Part shown: in pieces, positions 23,615 through 35,087 of the stretch | Position numbering within the stretch: position 1 is the stretch's first letter | Layout: every line of letters starts with the position of its first letter | Source of the DNA: Squalus acanthias | Lineage: Eukaryota | Assembly: GCA_030390025.1 (NCBI GenBank) | Contig: CM059432.1 | Coordinates: 14,076,001-14,140,000 of the forward strand | Length of the DNA: 64,000 nucleotides | Direction: 5' to 3' | Program-made: the position numbers and the translations under genes | Notes under the pieces: model-generated | Seen by the model: the letters and a program-made list of their open reading frames with translations, nothing else | Told to the model about the DNA's origin: nothing | Database searches by the model: none

Positions 23615-24771
23615 CTAGAAGCGGCTTGCTATTAGCCGTTGACGGACGGCCCTTGCAGTTTCACCATTGTGGGCCGCCCTCATGCCTTGGTGCTGCTGAT
23701 GATCATCCTCCTCGTCCTCTTCCTCCTCTTCCTCCTCCTCCTCTGGTGGTGCTCCAAGGCCTGGTGGCATTGGCTGGGTCCTGACGATTGCCATGTTATG
23801 CAACATGCAGCACACAACTACGAAGTTGGATACTCGCTCAGGCGAGTACTGCAGGGCTCCTCCAGAATGGTCAAGACAGCGGAACCGTTGCTTCAGCACA
23901 CCGATTGTGCGCTCAATGATGTTCCTGGTAGCTTGATGGCTCTCATTGTACCGCAGCTCAGCAGGGGTGTTGGGCGTACGGAGCGGTGTCATCAGCCAGG
24001 TGCTCAATGGATACCCCTTGTCCCTGAGAAGCCAACCAACTGGCTGATGCGGTGCCTCGAAAAGTTCTGCCACAGTAGTCTGGCACAGGATAAAAGCATC
24101 GTGGCAGCTGCCAGGATAGTGGGCATTGACAGCGAGTATCAGCTGTCTGTGGTCACAGACCAACTGAACATTCAAGGAATGGAACCCCTTTCTGTTCCGG
24201 AATTCCTCGGCATTCTCATGTGGAGCACGCAAAGCCACATGCGTGCAGTCAATGGCGCCCTGCACCATGGAGAAGCCCGCTATCCTCGCAAAGCCCAGAG
24301 CGCGGTCACGCTGCTTGTCTGGGGTCATGGGGAAAGAGATGAACTCTCGTCTCCTTTTAAAGAGGGCATTTGTGACCTGCCGGATGCAGCAATGCACCGC
24401 GAACTGGGAGATATTGGCGAGGTCCCCAGCAGCAGCTTGAAATGAGCCAGTAGCATAGAAGTTGAGAGCCACTGTGACCTTCACTGCCACCGACAGAGAC
24501 GTCCTGGACCTCAGTTGAGGCTGCAGATCTGGCTGCAGCAGGTGGCAGAGCTCAGTGACCACCTCCTTGCTGAGTCGCAGCCTTCGCAAACACAGCTCCT
24601 CAGACATATGAATGTAGGAGAGCTGTTCACGATATACCCTGGGAGGGTAAGCTCTCCTGTACGCCTGTTGGCCCTCCTCCGCCTGGCCATCATTGCCACT
24701 CTCTCTCTGCGTCTCTGTGTCCTCCGATTCAGCTGGAGCAGGACGACGCCCCCAATCAGTGCAGCCCCCAT
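23615..24771 (-). pseudogene. Harbinger DDE transposase (HARBI1-like family), N-terminal frameshift
   Basis: GAIDCTH, NRKGFHSLNVQLVCD, PGSCHDA, LLRDKGY, IERTIGVLKQRFRCL, LHN. The likely ATG (MGAALIGG) at 24771 is in another frame, implying a frameshift near or upstream of 24660. Confidence 0.9.
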
Positions 24772-25944
24772 AGTCTCTTTGCAAGCAAAGTAATGAAGGA
24801 CAGCAACCAAAGTACGAGCGACGTTAGGATCAGTAAGCAAAACTACCTCACAAAGCGTTGACTCAATGCAGAAGTCTCTCTTTCTCTCTCTCCGAATCTC
24901 TCTCTCTCTCTCAGAACGAGTGGTGCAAAAATGTCAACCACAGAAAAAGACAGGAAGAGGCCCCCTTTAAATAGCGCCCCCCCCAGCCCCACAGCGATTG
25001 ATAGCGTTCCAGTCTTCCGGTCGTTGGATGCGCCAGGCGGTAAGGCAGGGGTCGCCACTCAATTTCCGCTCCGGGGCGCCACAAGGGCGTTGCACCATGG
25101 AATGACGTCACAATCTGCGCGCGCAGGTGGTCGCAGCGGTAAAGTTTAGCGCCGCCGCACAATGTCTAGTTAAGTTCCCGAGCAGCGCAAACATCGCTGC
25201 GCCTGGGCGTTAGCGGCTTTGCGCCCCATTAGCGCCCTCTTAAGGCGCTAACGGGAGGCGCAACCAACTGAATTTTTACCCCATAGAGTGGTGATATTGG
25301 GGGACTTTAATTACCCAAATATCAATTGGTTAATGCTAGGGTAAAGGGAAAGGAGGGGGAGGAATTTCTGAAACGTGTTCAGGAGAATTTCCTTGACCAA
25401 TATGTTCTTGGCCCAACTAGGAAGGAGACATTGCTGGATCTGGTGCTGGGGAATGAGGTGGGCCAGGTCGACCAAGTGTCTGTGGGAGAACACTTGGGTA
25501 CGAGTGATCATTGTATCATAAGATTTAGATAGCAATGGAGAGGAGCAAGGAACAATCTAGAGTGGAACTTCTAAACTGGAATAGGGCTAACTTCAATGGG
25601 ATGCGAAAGGATCTAGCCAGGATAAAATGGAACCAAAGACTGACAGGAAAAACTGTAACGGAACAATGGGTGATCTTTAAGGAGGAGATGTTCCAAATAC
25701 AGGCTAGGTACATTCCAACAAGAGGGAAGGCTAAGGGAACCAAAGCAAGGGCTCCTTGGATGACAAGGGAGATAGGGAAGATGATGCATGTCAGGTGAAT
25801 TCTTCAGGGGAGAACCAGACCAAATACAATAAGTTGAGAGGGGATGTGAAGATGAAAATAAGATTGGCAAAGAGAGAATATGAGAGTAGAATGGCGGTTA
25901 ACATAAAAGGGAACCCAAAAATCTTCTACCGGTATGTAAACAGT

Positions 25945-26713
25945 TATACTTCTCTTCTTAGGCAGTCCCTCTGAACAGAGGATGACTTGCTTCCACACTA
26001 AAAATGAGTTCTCAGGTGACTGATGAGTCCAATGCGGGACCTACAGTCTCTGTCACAGGTGGGGCAGACGGTGGTTGAAGGGGCGGGTGGGTGGGGTGCT
26101 TGGGTTGATGTGCGCTCCTTCTGCTGTTTGCACTTGACTTCCGCTTGCTCCCGGCGAAGAGACTCGAGGTGTTCGGCACCTTCCCGGATGCTTCTCCTCC
26201 GCTTTGTGCGGTCTTGGGCCAGGGATTCCCAGGTGTCGGTGGGGATGTTGCACTTTTTCATGGAGGCTTTGAGGGTGTCCTTGAAGCGTTTCCTCTGCCC
26301 ACCTGGGGCTCTCTTGCTGTGTTGGAGCTCCGAGTAGAGCGCCTGTTTTGGGAGTCTCGTATCGGGCATGCGGACGATGTGGCCCATCCATCGGAGCTGA
26401 TCGAGTGTGGTCAAAGCTTCGATGCTGGGGATGTTGGCCTGAGTGAGAACACTGATGTTGGTGTGCCTATCCTGCCAATGGAGGCAGCGTTGGTGGTACC
26501 TCTCCAGTGCTTTGAGGTGCCTGCTGTACATGGTCCACGTCTCTGAAGCATACAGGAGGGCGGGTATCACTACTGCTCTGTAGACCATGAGCTTGGTGCC
26601 GGGTTTGAGGTCCTGGTCTTCAAACACTCTCTTCCTCAGGCGACCGAAGGCTGCACTGGCACACTGAAGGCGGTGTTGGACTTCGTCATCAACGTCTGCC
26701 CTTGTTGACAGTT
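25945..26713 (-). mobile_element. RTE-clade LINE 3' fragment with 51-bp target duplication
   Basis: ORF 25998-26627: VYRAVVIPALLYASETW, LRWMGHIVRM, GGQRKRFKD, C2H2 CPTC..SHLRTH. Duplication at 25894-25944 and 26714-26764. Confidence 0.92.
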
Positions 26714-29339
26714 GCGGTTAACATAAAAGGGAACCCAAAAATCTTCTACCGGCATGTAAACAGTAAGTGCGTAGTAAGAGGCGGGATGGGGCCTATTAGA
26801 GACAAAGATGGTGATATATGCTTAGAGGCACAGGGCAAGGCTAGAATACTCAATGAGTACTTTGTATCGGTGTTTACTAAGGAGGTGGATGCTGACAAAA
26901 TATCGGTAGAAGTGGAAAAGGTAGAAGCAAAGGAAGGGGTGAAAATTGATAGACAGAATGTACTAGAAAGGCTGGGTATGCTTAGAGTGGATAAGTCGCC
27001 TGGTCCAGATGGCTTACATCCCAGGTTGCTAAGGGAATTGGGGGAGGCGATAGCAGAAGGGCTTGCCATAGTTTTCCAATCTTCCCTAGATGCGGGGGAG
27101 GTGCCTGAGGATTGGAAAGTGGCAAATGTGACACCATTGTTCAAGAAAGGGTGTAAGGGTAATCCTAGTAACTACAGGTCGGTCAGTTTAACATCAGTGG
27201 TGGGTAAAGTTTTAGAAACAATAATCAAGGAAAAAATTAACGGGCACTTGGAGAGGTTTAAGCTAATTAAGGAGAACCAACACGGATTTGTAAAAGGAAG
27301 ATTGTGTTTGACTAATCTAATTGAATTTTTTTATGAAGTAACAGGGAGGATTGATGAAGGGAATGCAATGGATGTTGTCTGCATGGATTTTCGGAAGGCG
27401 TTTGACAAAGTACCACATAGAAGGCTGGTTAACAAAATTGAGGCTCATGGAATAGGTGGGTCAGTGGCAGCTTGGATAAGGAATTGGCTTAAGGACAGAA
27501 AACAGCGAGTTGTGGTAAATGGCTGTTTTTCAGACTGGAGGATGGTAGTCAGTGGTGTTCCCCAAGGGTCAGTGCTGGGGCCACTGCTTTTTTTGATATA
27601 TATAAATGACCTGGATATTGGAATACAGAGTAGAATTTCTAAATTTGCCGATGACACCAAACTTGGGGGTGTGGCAAACAGTGATGATGATATCAATCGA
27701 CTGCAGCAGGACATAGAAAGGCTAGCAGAATGGGCAGACAAGTGGCAGATGGAATTTAATACAGAGAAGTGTGAGGTGATGCATTTTGGCAGAAGGAACA
27801 GGGAGAGGCAATATACACTTAATGGCACAGTTTTAAAGAGTGTGTAGGGACAGAGGGGCCTGGGAGTTAATGTGCATAGGTCCCTGAAGGTGGCAGGACA
27901 TATTGAGTGAGTGGTTAACAAAGCTTATGGGATCTTGGGCTTCATAAATAGAGGTATTGAGTACAAAAGTAGAGAAGTTATGCTGAACCTTTATAAAGCG
28001 CTGGTTAGGCCACAACTGGAGTATTGCATCCAGTTCTGGTCACCACACTTCAGGAAGGATGTGAAGGCCCTTGAGAGGGTGCAGAGGAGATTTACCAGAA
28101 TGGTTCTGGGGATGGGGGATCTTAGTTACAAGGACAGGTTGGAGAAGCTGGATTTGTTTTCATTAGAGCAAAGGAGGTTGAGGGGTGATTTGATAGAGGT
28201 GTACAAGATTATGACGGGTTTGGATAGGCTAGACAGGGAAAGGCTATTCCAACTAGTTGATGGTACAAGGACTAGAGGACACAGATTTAAGGTTTTGGGC
28301 ACGAGATATGGGGGGATGTGAGGGAAAACTTTTTTACGCAGCAAATGGTGATGACCTGGATAGGCACTTGAGGGAAATAAACTTTCAGGGCTATGGGGAT
28401 AGAGCGGGGGAATGGGACTGACTGGATTGCTGTACAGAGAGTCGGCACAGACTCGATGGGCCGAATGGCCTCCTTCTGTGCTGTTATGACTCTATGACTC
28501 AGCATCCACAGCCCTTTGGGGTAGATAATTCCAAAGATTCACAACCCTCTGAGTGAAGAAATTCCTCCTCATCTCAGTCTTAAATGGTCGGCCTCTTATC
28601 CTGAGACTCTGCCCCCTAGTTCTAGACTCTCCAGCCAGGGGAAACAACCTCTCAGCATCTACCCTGTCAATCTCCCTCTGTATCTTATATGTTTCAATGA
28701 GATCACCTCTCATTCTTCTAAACTCCAGAGAGTATAGGCCCAATCTACTCAATCTCTCCTAATAGGACAACCCTCTTATCCCAGGTATCAAGCTAGTGAA
28801 CCTTCGTTGCACCGCCTCTAAGGCAAGTATGTCCTTCCTCAGATAAGGAGACCAAAACTGTGCACAGTACTCCAGGTGTGGTCTCACCAAGGCCCTGTAC
28901 AATTGTAGTAAGACTTCCTTACTCTTGTACTCCAACCCCCTTGCAATAAAGGCCAACATGCCATTTGCCTTCCTAATTGCTTGCTGGACCTGCATGCTTG
29001 CTTTCTGTGTTTCCTGTACAAGGACATCTAAATGTCTCTGGACACCAACATTTAATAGTTTCTCACCATTTAAAAAATATTCTGTTTTTCTATTCTTCCT
29101 GCCAAATTGAATAACCTCACATTTCCCTACGTTATACTCCGATCGTTGAGTGTTGTCAGCAGATTCTTCCTGGAAAGACCTTCCTAGACCCCGGGGAAGT
29201 GCAATTTTAATTGCTGTTCTTATCAGCTGTTAAAGTGATTTTAAGTATGAGCTCCCTCAGATTCAACCTCCATATTGTTTAATTCTGTTTGGCTCACTCC
29301 ATTCGAAATTGTGTGCATGTAAGTGCCTGCATGAGTATT

Positions 29340-29376
29340 TGTGTGTGTATGTGTGTGTGAGTGTGTGTGTGTGTGT
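29340..29376. repeat. (TG)n microsatellite, imperfect
   Basis: gtgtgtgtatgtgtgtgtgagtgtgtgtgtgtgtgt. Confidence 0.85.
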
Positions 29377-29582
29377 CTGAACAGCAAATCCTTTGGCTCT
29401 GGCATCGTATATTTCTTTTGACAGAGATGCCGTCTGCTTTTTGCCAGACCACACTGCTAAGGCGATGTCTCTTGATAACAATAAGAGGGAGATTCCTTTT
29501 AGCCATTTACTCACTTCATAGGGGAGTAGTGAGGCTGCAGGTATGAGGAGAGAGTAACTGGTGTGAGAGATACGATTTTAAC

Positions 29583-29822
29583 CTTGACAACTCTGGTGAG
29601 GTCATTAAACTTTTTCCGGCATTGCACCCATGTCCTGTAAGCTAAGCTCCTGGCATTGATCTCCTCAGTCACCTCTTCTCACTGGTGGTGGAGGTGTTGC
29701 TTGGAGGGCTTTCTGCTCCCCAGGGGAGAACAGGATTGTCCTCCTACTGTCCACTGCCTGGACCGAGCCTCCAACACTACATCCAAGAACCCAGGTGCCC
29801 TTTTGGTACCTCTTGCTGCCAT
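29583..29822 (-). pseudogene. Relic exon 1 of another Harbinger Myb/SANT gene
   Basis: Minus strand: MAARGTKRAPGFLDVVLEA ... *EKVTEEINARSLAYRTWVQCRKKFNDLTRVVK|GT. Same motif and donor position as 21483-21719, with frameshifts. GC-rich upstream region to about 30090. Confidence 0.78.
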
Positions 29823-30377
29823 TTCAAAGCTTCAATTGCGAAATTTCCCTAATGTCTGCAGCCATAGTGCACCTCCCCTTTAAAAGGTGCTGGCTGCCTT
29901 TAAGTGGCATCAGAGAAGCCCGATTTCCCACAATCCTCCAAACAGGCGTGCAGCCAATAAGCAACGCAGGCAGTGCTGGCTGCATGCCCGACTCATGATA
30001 ATGTGCTTCCTACACGAATTGCATGTTGTCCTTGCGCCCCCGCGAACAGGCAGGTGCGACACGTGTCCCGCCTTCTGGTGAATCTTTCTGTTCCAACAAG
30101 GCCAGAGTTGTATCCTCAGTTGGGCTTCCACCATGCTTTCTTATATTCTTATACTTAGAGTTCCCACTCGGCCTGTGCTTCACTGTAGGCTAGAGGCCCC
30201 TCTGTCACAGTTTCTTTTTTGTTCTGACGTTAGAACGTCGTGTAAATATAACATTACTATTCGTTTAATGCTTATTGTGGAATGTTAGTATTGGTGGCCA
30301 AGTACTACTTCAGGTCATTACTGCCACTCTGCAACATCCCCATTAACTTCACTTGAGTCGTTAAGCAATATATAAAC

Positions 30378-30715
30378 AACAACAACAACCTGTATTTATA
30401 CAGCGCCTTTAACTTAGTAAAATGTCCCAGGTGCTTCACAGGAGCGTTATGAAAACAAAATTTGACACCGAGCCACATAGGGAGATATTAGGACAGGTAA
30501 CCAAAAACTTCGTCAAAGCGGCAGGTTTTTAGGAGCGTCTTAAAAGAGGAGAGAGATAGAGAGGTGGAGAGGTTTATGGAGGGAATTCATAGCTTAGGGC
30601 CTAGATAGCAGAAGGCATGGCCGCCAATGGTGGGGAATCGTGAATACATAAGAGGTCAGAATTGGAGGAGCGCAGAGGGATATAGGGCTGGAGGAGGAGG
30701 GACAAGGCCATGGAC
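30378..30715 (-). mobile_element. L2 LINE 3' end
   Basis: aacaacaacctgtatttatacagcgcctttaac tail, and reverse complement of ccatggccttgtccctcc, similar to 32920 and 51895. Confidence 0.7.
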
Positions 30716-30724
30716 ATATTTAAA

Positions 30725-31290
30725 AAAATGTTTTATTCGTTCATAGGATGTGGGCGTCGCTGGCAAGGCCAGCATTTATTGCCCTTCCCTAGTTGCCCTG
30801 GAGAAGGTGGTGGTGAGCCGCCTTCTTCAACTGCTGCAGTCCCGTGTTGTGAAGGTACTCCCCCAGTGTTCTTCAGGAGGGAGTTCCAGGATTTTGACCC
30901 AGCGACGATGAAGGATCGACGATATACTTCCAAGTCAGGATGGTGTGTGACTTGGAGGGAACTTGGAGGTGGTGGTGTTCTCATGCGCCTCCTGCCTTTG
31001 TCCTTCTAGGTGGTAGAGGTCGCGGGTTTGGGAGGTGCTGCCGAAGAAGCCTTGGCGAGTTGCTGCAGTGCATCTTGTAGATGGTACACACTGCAGCCAC
31101 AGTACGCCGGTGGTGGAGGGAGTGAATGTTTAAGGTGGTGGATGGGGTGCCAATCAAGCGGGCTGCTTTGTCCTGGATGGTGTCGAGCTTCTTGAGTGTT
31201 GTTGGAGCTACACTCATCCAGGCAAGTGGAGAGTATTCCATCACACTCCTGACTTGTGCCTTGTAGATGTTGGAAAGGCTTTGGGGAGTC
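30725..31290 (-). mobile_element. CR1/L2-group LINE 3' fragment (MEYSPLAW family)
   Basis: ORF 30981-31244 MEYSPLAWMS..LDTIQDKAARLIG..SLHHRR, near-identical to 36218-36730. Confidence 0.85.
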
Positions 31291-32139
31291 TGAATGTTGA
31301 CTAGAAAACCAATTGAGGTGTTGATGGAACTATATCTGACTAAAAGAATGACGACAATTATTGTCCATTGAATTTCCTTTCAAGTCCATGTGTGATATGT
31401 CCTTTACCTCAAGTTCTTAAATTTAAAAATTGTTCCTAATCTCAGCCAAACAACCGCTCAGAGCTGAGTGTTTAGTAGCAAAAGCAAAACACTATACAGT
31501 TTGTATATCAGCACGCAGGCCTCTCAAACTGAGAGCAGATTGTAAAACAGCCCTTGTGTTGCTTACATTAGCCTGTGCGGTTGACTGCAACACTGTACTT
31601 GTATCGACTGCCAAAGCCTGAAATGCTGCCCGAGTTCCAGCCAAGCAAGAATCCAAAAGAGCACAGAAGCCTGTTAAGGTGGATTGCAAGTCCAGCATTG
31701 AGCAAAGTGGAGTACAGTTCCTGCGTAATGTGCTGCATTGAATCTTGTGGACCTCTAGGAGCTGAAGATCCATGGCCACCTCCAGCACACCCTAGTGCAA
31801 GTGCAGTTCAATGCCTGCAAATTAGGCTGGCAGCCAGGTACCCTGGGTCGGGCCTTGGTCCAGGGATTCCGCAGGGGTCTGACTGGGCAGAGGGGTGCTA
31901 GCAGTATAGGAGGGGGTTTGGCCAGAGGCCATAAATTCCCATGCCACTGGCCTGGGTTAGGTCAGGGACAGTACCTGGAGTCAGTACAAAGCTTGAGACC
32001 AGGTACACTGGCTGATTCAGTGGTGGATGTGAGCCCACCTGGGTGTCCAGGCCTGAGTCATGACTTGGGCCCATAGAGGAGAAGAATATTATGGGAATTT
32101 TGCCGCCCCCAGTACCTCACCTAACTCAACCTACTATAT

Positions 32140-32770
32140 ATTGATAGGGTAGACCTCAAGAAGATGTTTCCACTTGCAGAGGAGAACTAGGGGCCATAAA
32201 TATAAGATAGTCACTAATAAATCCAACAGGGAATTCAGAGAAACTTCTTTACCCAGAGAGTGGTTAGAATGTGGAACTCGCTACCACAAGGAGTGTTGAG
32301 GCGAATAGCTGTAGATGCATTTAAGGAGAAGCTAGATTTTCTTTTTATTCATTCACGGGATGTGGGCGTCGCTGACAAGGCCAGCATTTATTGCCCATCT
32401 CTAATTGCCCTTGAGAAGGTGGTGGTGAGCCGCCTTCTTGAACCGCTGCAGTCCGTGTGGTGAAGGTACTCCCACAGTGCTGTTAGGGAGGGAGTTCCAG
32501 GATTTTGACCCAGCGACGATGAAGGATCGGCGATATACTTCCAAGTCAGGATGGTGTGTGACTTGGAGGGGAACTTGGAGGTGGTGGTGTTCCCGATGCG
32601 CCTGCTGCCCTGGTCCTTCTAGGTGGTAGAGGTCGCGGGTTTGGGAGGTGCTGTTGATAAGCACATGAGGGAGAAAGGAATAGAAGGATATATTGATGGG
32701 GTTAGATGAAGAAGGGTGGGAGGAGACTCCTGTGGAGCAGAAACCCCAGCATGGGCCTATTGGGCTGAAT
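32140..32770 (+). mobile_element. CR1 3' end interrupted by a minus-strand MEYSPLAW-family 3' fragment (about 32340-32654)
   Basis: QRVVRMWNSLPQG, then gataagcacatgagggag; ORF 32401-32790. Confidence 0.8.
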
Positions 32771-32950
32771 GTAAACTTGAGGTCATCCAAAACTCGGCTG
32801 CCCGTGTCCTAACTTGCACCAAGTCCCATTCGCCCATCACCCCTGTGCTCGCTGACCTACATTGCCTCCCGGTTAAGCAGCGCCTCGATTTCAAAATTCT
32901 CATCCTTGTTTTCAAATCCCTCCATGGCCTCACCCCTTCTTTTCTCTGTA
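32771..32950 (+). mobile_element. L2 fragment
   Basis: KLEVIQNSAARVLT..HSPITPVLADLHCLPVKQRLDFKILILVFKSLHGL. Confidence 0.8.
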
Positions 32951-34200
32951 ATCCTGACTCCATCCACCTCCTCTAGCTGCACTAGACCATGTGCAACCCA
33001 TGAACCTCGTCTTGACGTTCCTCACTTGGTGGCAAAGTTCTCAGCCTTCTTAGCCCCATTATCTGTAACTCCCTCTTTGCTTTCCTGCTACCCCAATACC
33101 TTTCCAAGTGTGCTCAATGACCGACTATTTTAAGGTTGTGTACAAATACAGATATGTTACAGCAGTCTGAGCTCTGTGTCGTTTGAGCACCAGAGGAAAT
33201 GGAGCCCTAACATTTCCTGCCTTTACTGTCCTTGTCTCTCAATGAACGTATTGAGATGGGGACACTGTGGTTTATGTCCTGCCGATCTGATGTGGCTTTT
33301 GAGTGTTGATTTGTTGGCCCTCGTCCACATTACGAGTTCTATGAGTGATGCGATTGCTGGATACACAAGACCAATTACAGACTTCAGAAGGCACATGCAT
33401 TTTTTTTCTCTGATCATATCCTAATTTTAGACCAACTATACGACCAAAGCTTTGAAAGGAGCAGACTAGAAATGTTAAAAATTAATAATAACAGCAAAGA
33501 ACTATTCGGTACGATACAGAACCAGAGCACAACCCTGAAAGGCAAAGGCTCCACTTGTGTAGTTAAGCAGCTGTGGTCAACAAACTTTAAATACTTCCCC
33601 TTGCTGCCATGGCAACATTGGAAGTTCGGGATGAACCAGCGCGCCCTGGCGTCCAGCGTTGCTATGGCTCAAATGATGGAAAATATGCCGGATGATGTAT
33701 TTTTGTCATTTGAATACCATTATGAAATGGCCATCCATATATGGAGACATATTACGTGTTACCCGTCACCTCCAGCAGGAAACTGGAGGGTAATTAAAAA
33801 TGGCCAATGGTTGCTGCTTCCACCCATCCCAGTTATGTTCAAAAACTGGGATGGGTGGATATGGCAGCGGGAGAGAGGAAAATCCGAGAGCAATTGTCCA
33901 GGTTCACAAATGACTGGTCACCAATGGAACTGTAACTCAACATGAGTCAGCTTGTTTAGGAGAAGAGGGAGAAAAATAAAAGAATAAATTCAAAAATGCC
34001 GATGACCAAAGTTAAGCACGCATTTAATACGAAAAGTCACCAAAGCAAGCAACACATTAGAAGACACATTCTAAGCAGAATAAGATTTTTTTTTGCCACC
34101 GCTCACACAGCAGCCAATGTCCCACTTTAATTCAACTGATCCTTCAGTGAAATATGGAATCCATCACTGGTAATACTTTAGACATTTCCCAGAAGACACT

Positions 34201-34895
34201 GGGCCGTATTTTCCGATCGGAGGCTTCCCGCGTGCGGAGGCCTCCGATCTGGAAAAAATCTACGGACTTACTTGAGGGTTCCCGAGGTCCGGACACTTCC
34301 GCTCCTGGGCCTCTCCAACTGGAAATGCGCAGGGTCCACGTATCCCAGGGGCGCAGGTGGTTCGCAAGCGTCCCTGGGATCATGTGGGCCATGGGGAGCC
34401 AATCAAAGAAGGGAATCTCCCTTCATACACTTGATAGATAGACCTGTCAAATATATGAACGGAGATCACCCCAAAAACACAGTAAAACATTAAATACATT
34501 TGTTTTAAAAGTCACATTGTTTAAATTAGTTGAAATTACAATAAATTAAATATTTTAAACAAAAATTTAATTTTTTGAAAAAAATAATTAACGTTTTTTA
34601 CGGGGCTAAAAATAAACTTTTTAAACTTTTTTTCAAATCTTATGCTGGTAAAAGCAGGCCTTATGCCTGCTTTTACCAGGCTTAAAATTTCTAAGAGTTT
34701 ACTGCAGGCAGAGGTGCACCAGAAAGCGGAACTATCCACCTGCAGAGGCCCTTCTCTAGGGCAGAGCATTCTTGACAGATCGGAAATGCCGATTTTCAGC
34801 GCAAGCGCTTCGCATGCCTGAAACCGGCATTTCCGATGTCCCTACGGGTGTGTACACAGCGCGTACACACCCGTAGGGATCGGAATATCCGGCCC
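34201..34895. mobile_element. Harbinger-type MITE (695 bp)
   Basis: TIRs gggccgtattttccgatc / reverse complement gggccggatattccgatc; flanks act/att; GC-rich ends, AT-rich core. Confidence 0.78.
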
Positions 34896-35087
34896 ATTGT
34901 TGTTTGTGTGCACCTCTGTCTTGGAATGTCTCCAGTGAGAAATGTTTAATTGTAGACCTGATCTTGTCTTTGTCTCTCAACTCTGGTCGGCTTCCTGAAA
35001 AATTGAAGAGATTTTAAATTATAAATCCACAAAGCACATTTAAGGAGTAGGATCGAAGATAAATTGCCCCGAATTATCAATATGGTA

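Larger units (their letters stand above)
21119..25282. mobile_element. Complete PIF/Harbinger DNA transposon (4164 bp), two convergent genes
   Basis: TIRs GGGGGAAAAATT / GGGGTAAAAATT (11/12). 3-bp TSD ata at 21116-21118 and 25283-25285. The empty site restores the CR1 frame. Subterminal tagcgcc/ggcgcta motifs at both ends. Confidence 0.95.
20602..28498 (+). mobile_element. Near full-length CR1 ORF2 (APE + RT), interrupted by Harbinger and RTE
   Basis: APE start LECMYVNAQSVVNKVGEL (about 20735); CKSY|RVVILGDFN across the Harbinger; SDH; ORFs 26702-27847 (FADD) and 27911-28321; tail (TGACTCTA)n. Confidence 0.92.
20411..29140 (-). mobile_element. Outer CR1 fragment split into 20411-20601 and 28496-29140
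   Basis: gaatatactcaacgattcag (ending 20601) continues as gactcagcatccacagccc (28496). ORFs 28492-28752 and 28759-28995. Confidence 0.82.

Noticed and set aside
23615..24784. Domesticated host gene HARBI1 (with the Myb gene as NAIF1/MSANTD)
   Set aside because: Both genes lie within TIRs and a TSD inside a CR1 and carry inactivating lesions, so this is a transposon copy.
33472..33945. 157-aa ORF
   Set aside because: No recognisable motifs; a single-exon ORF of this size is plausible by chance.
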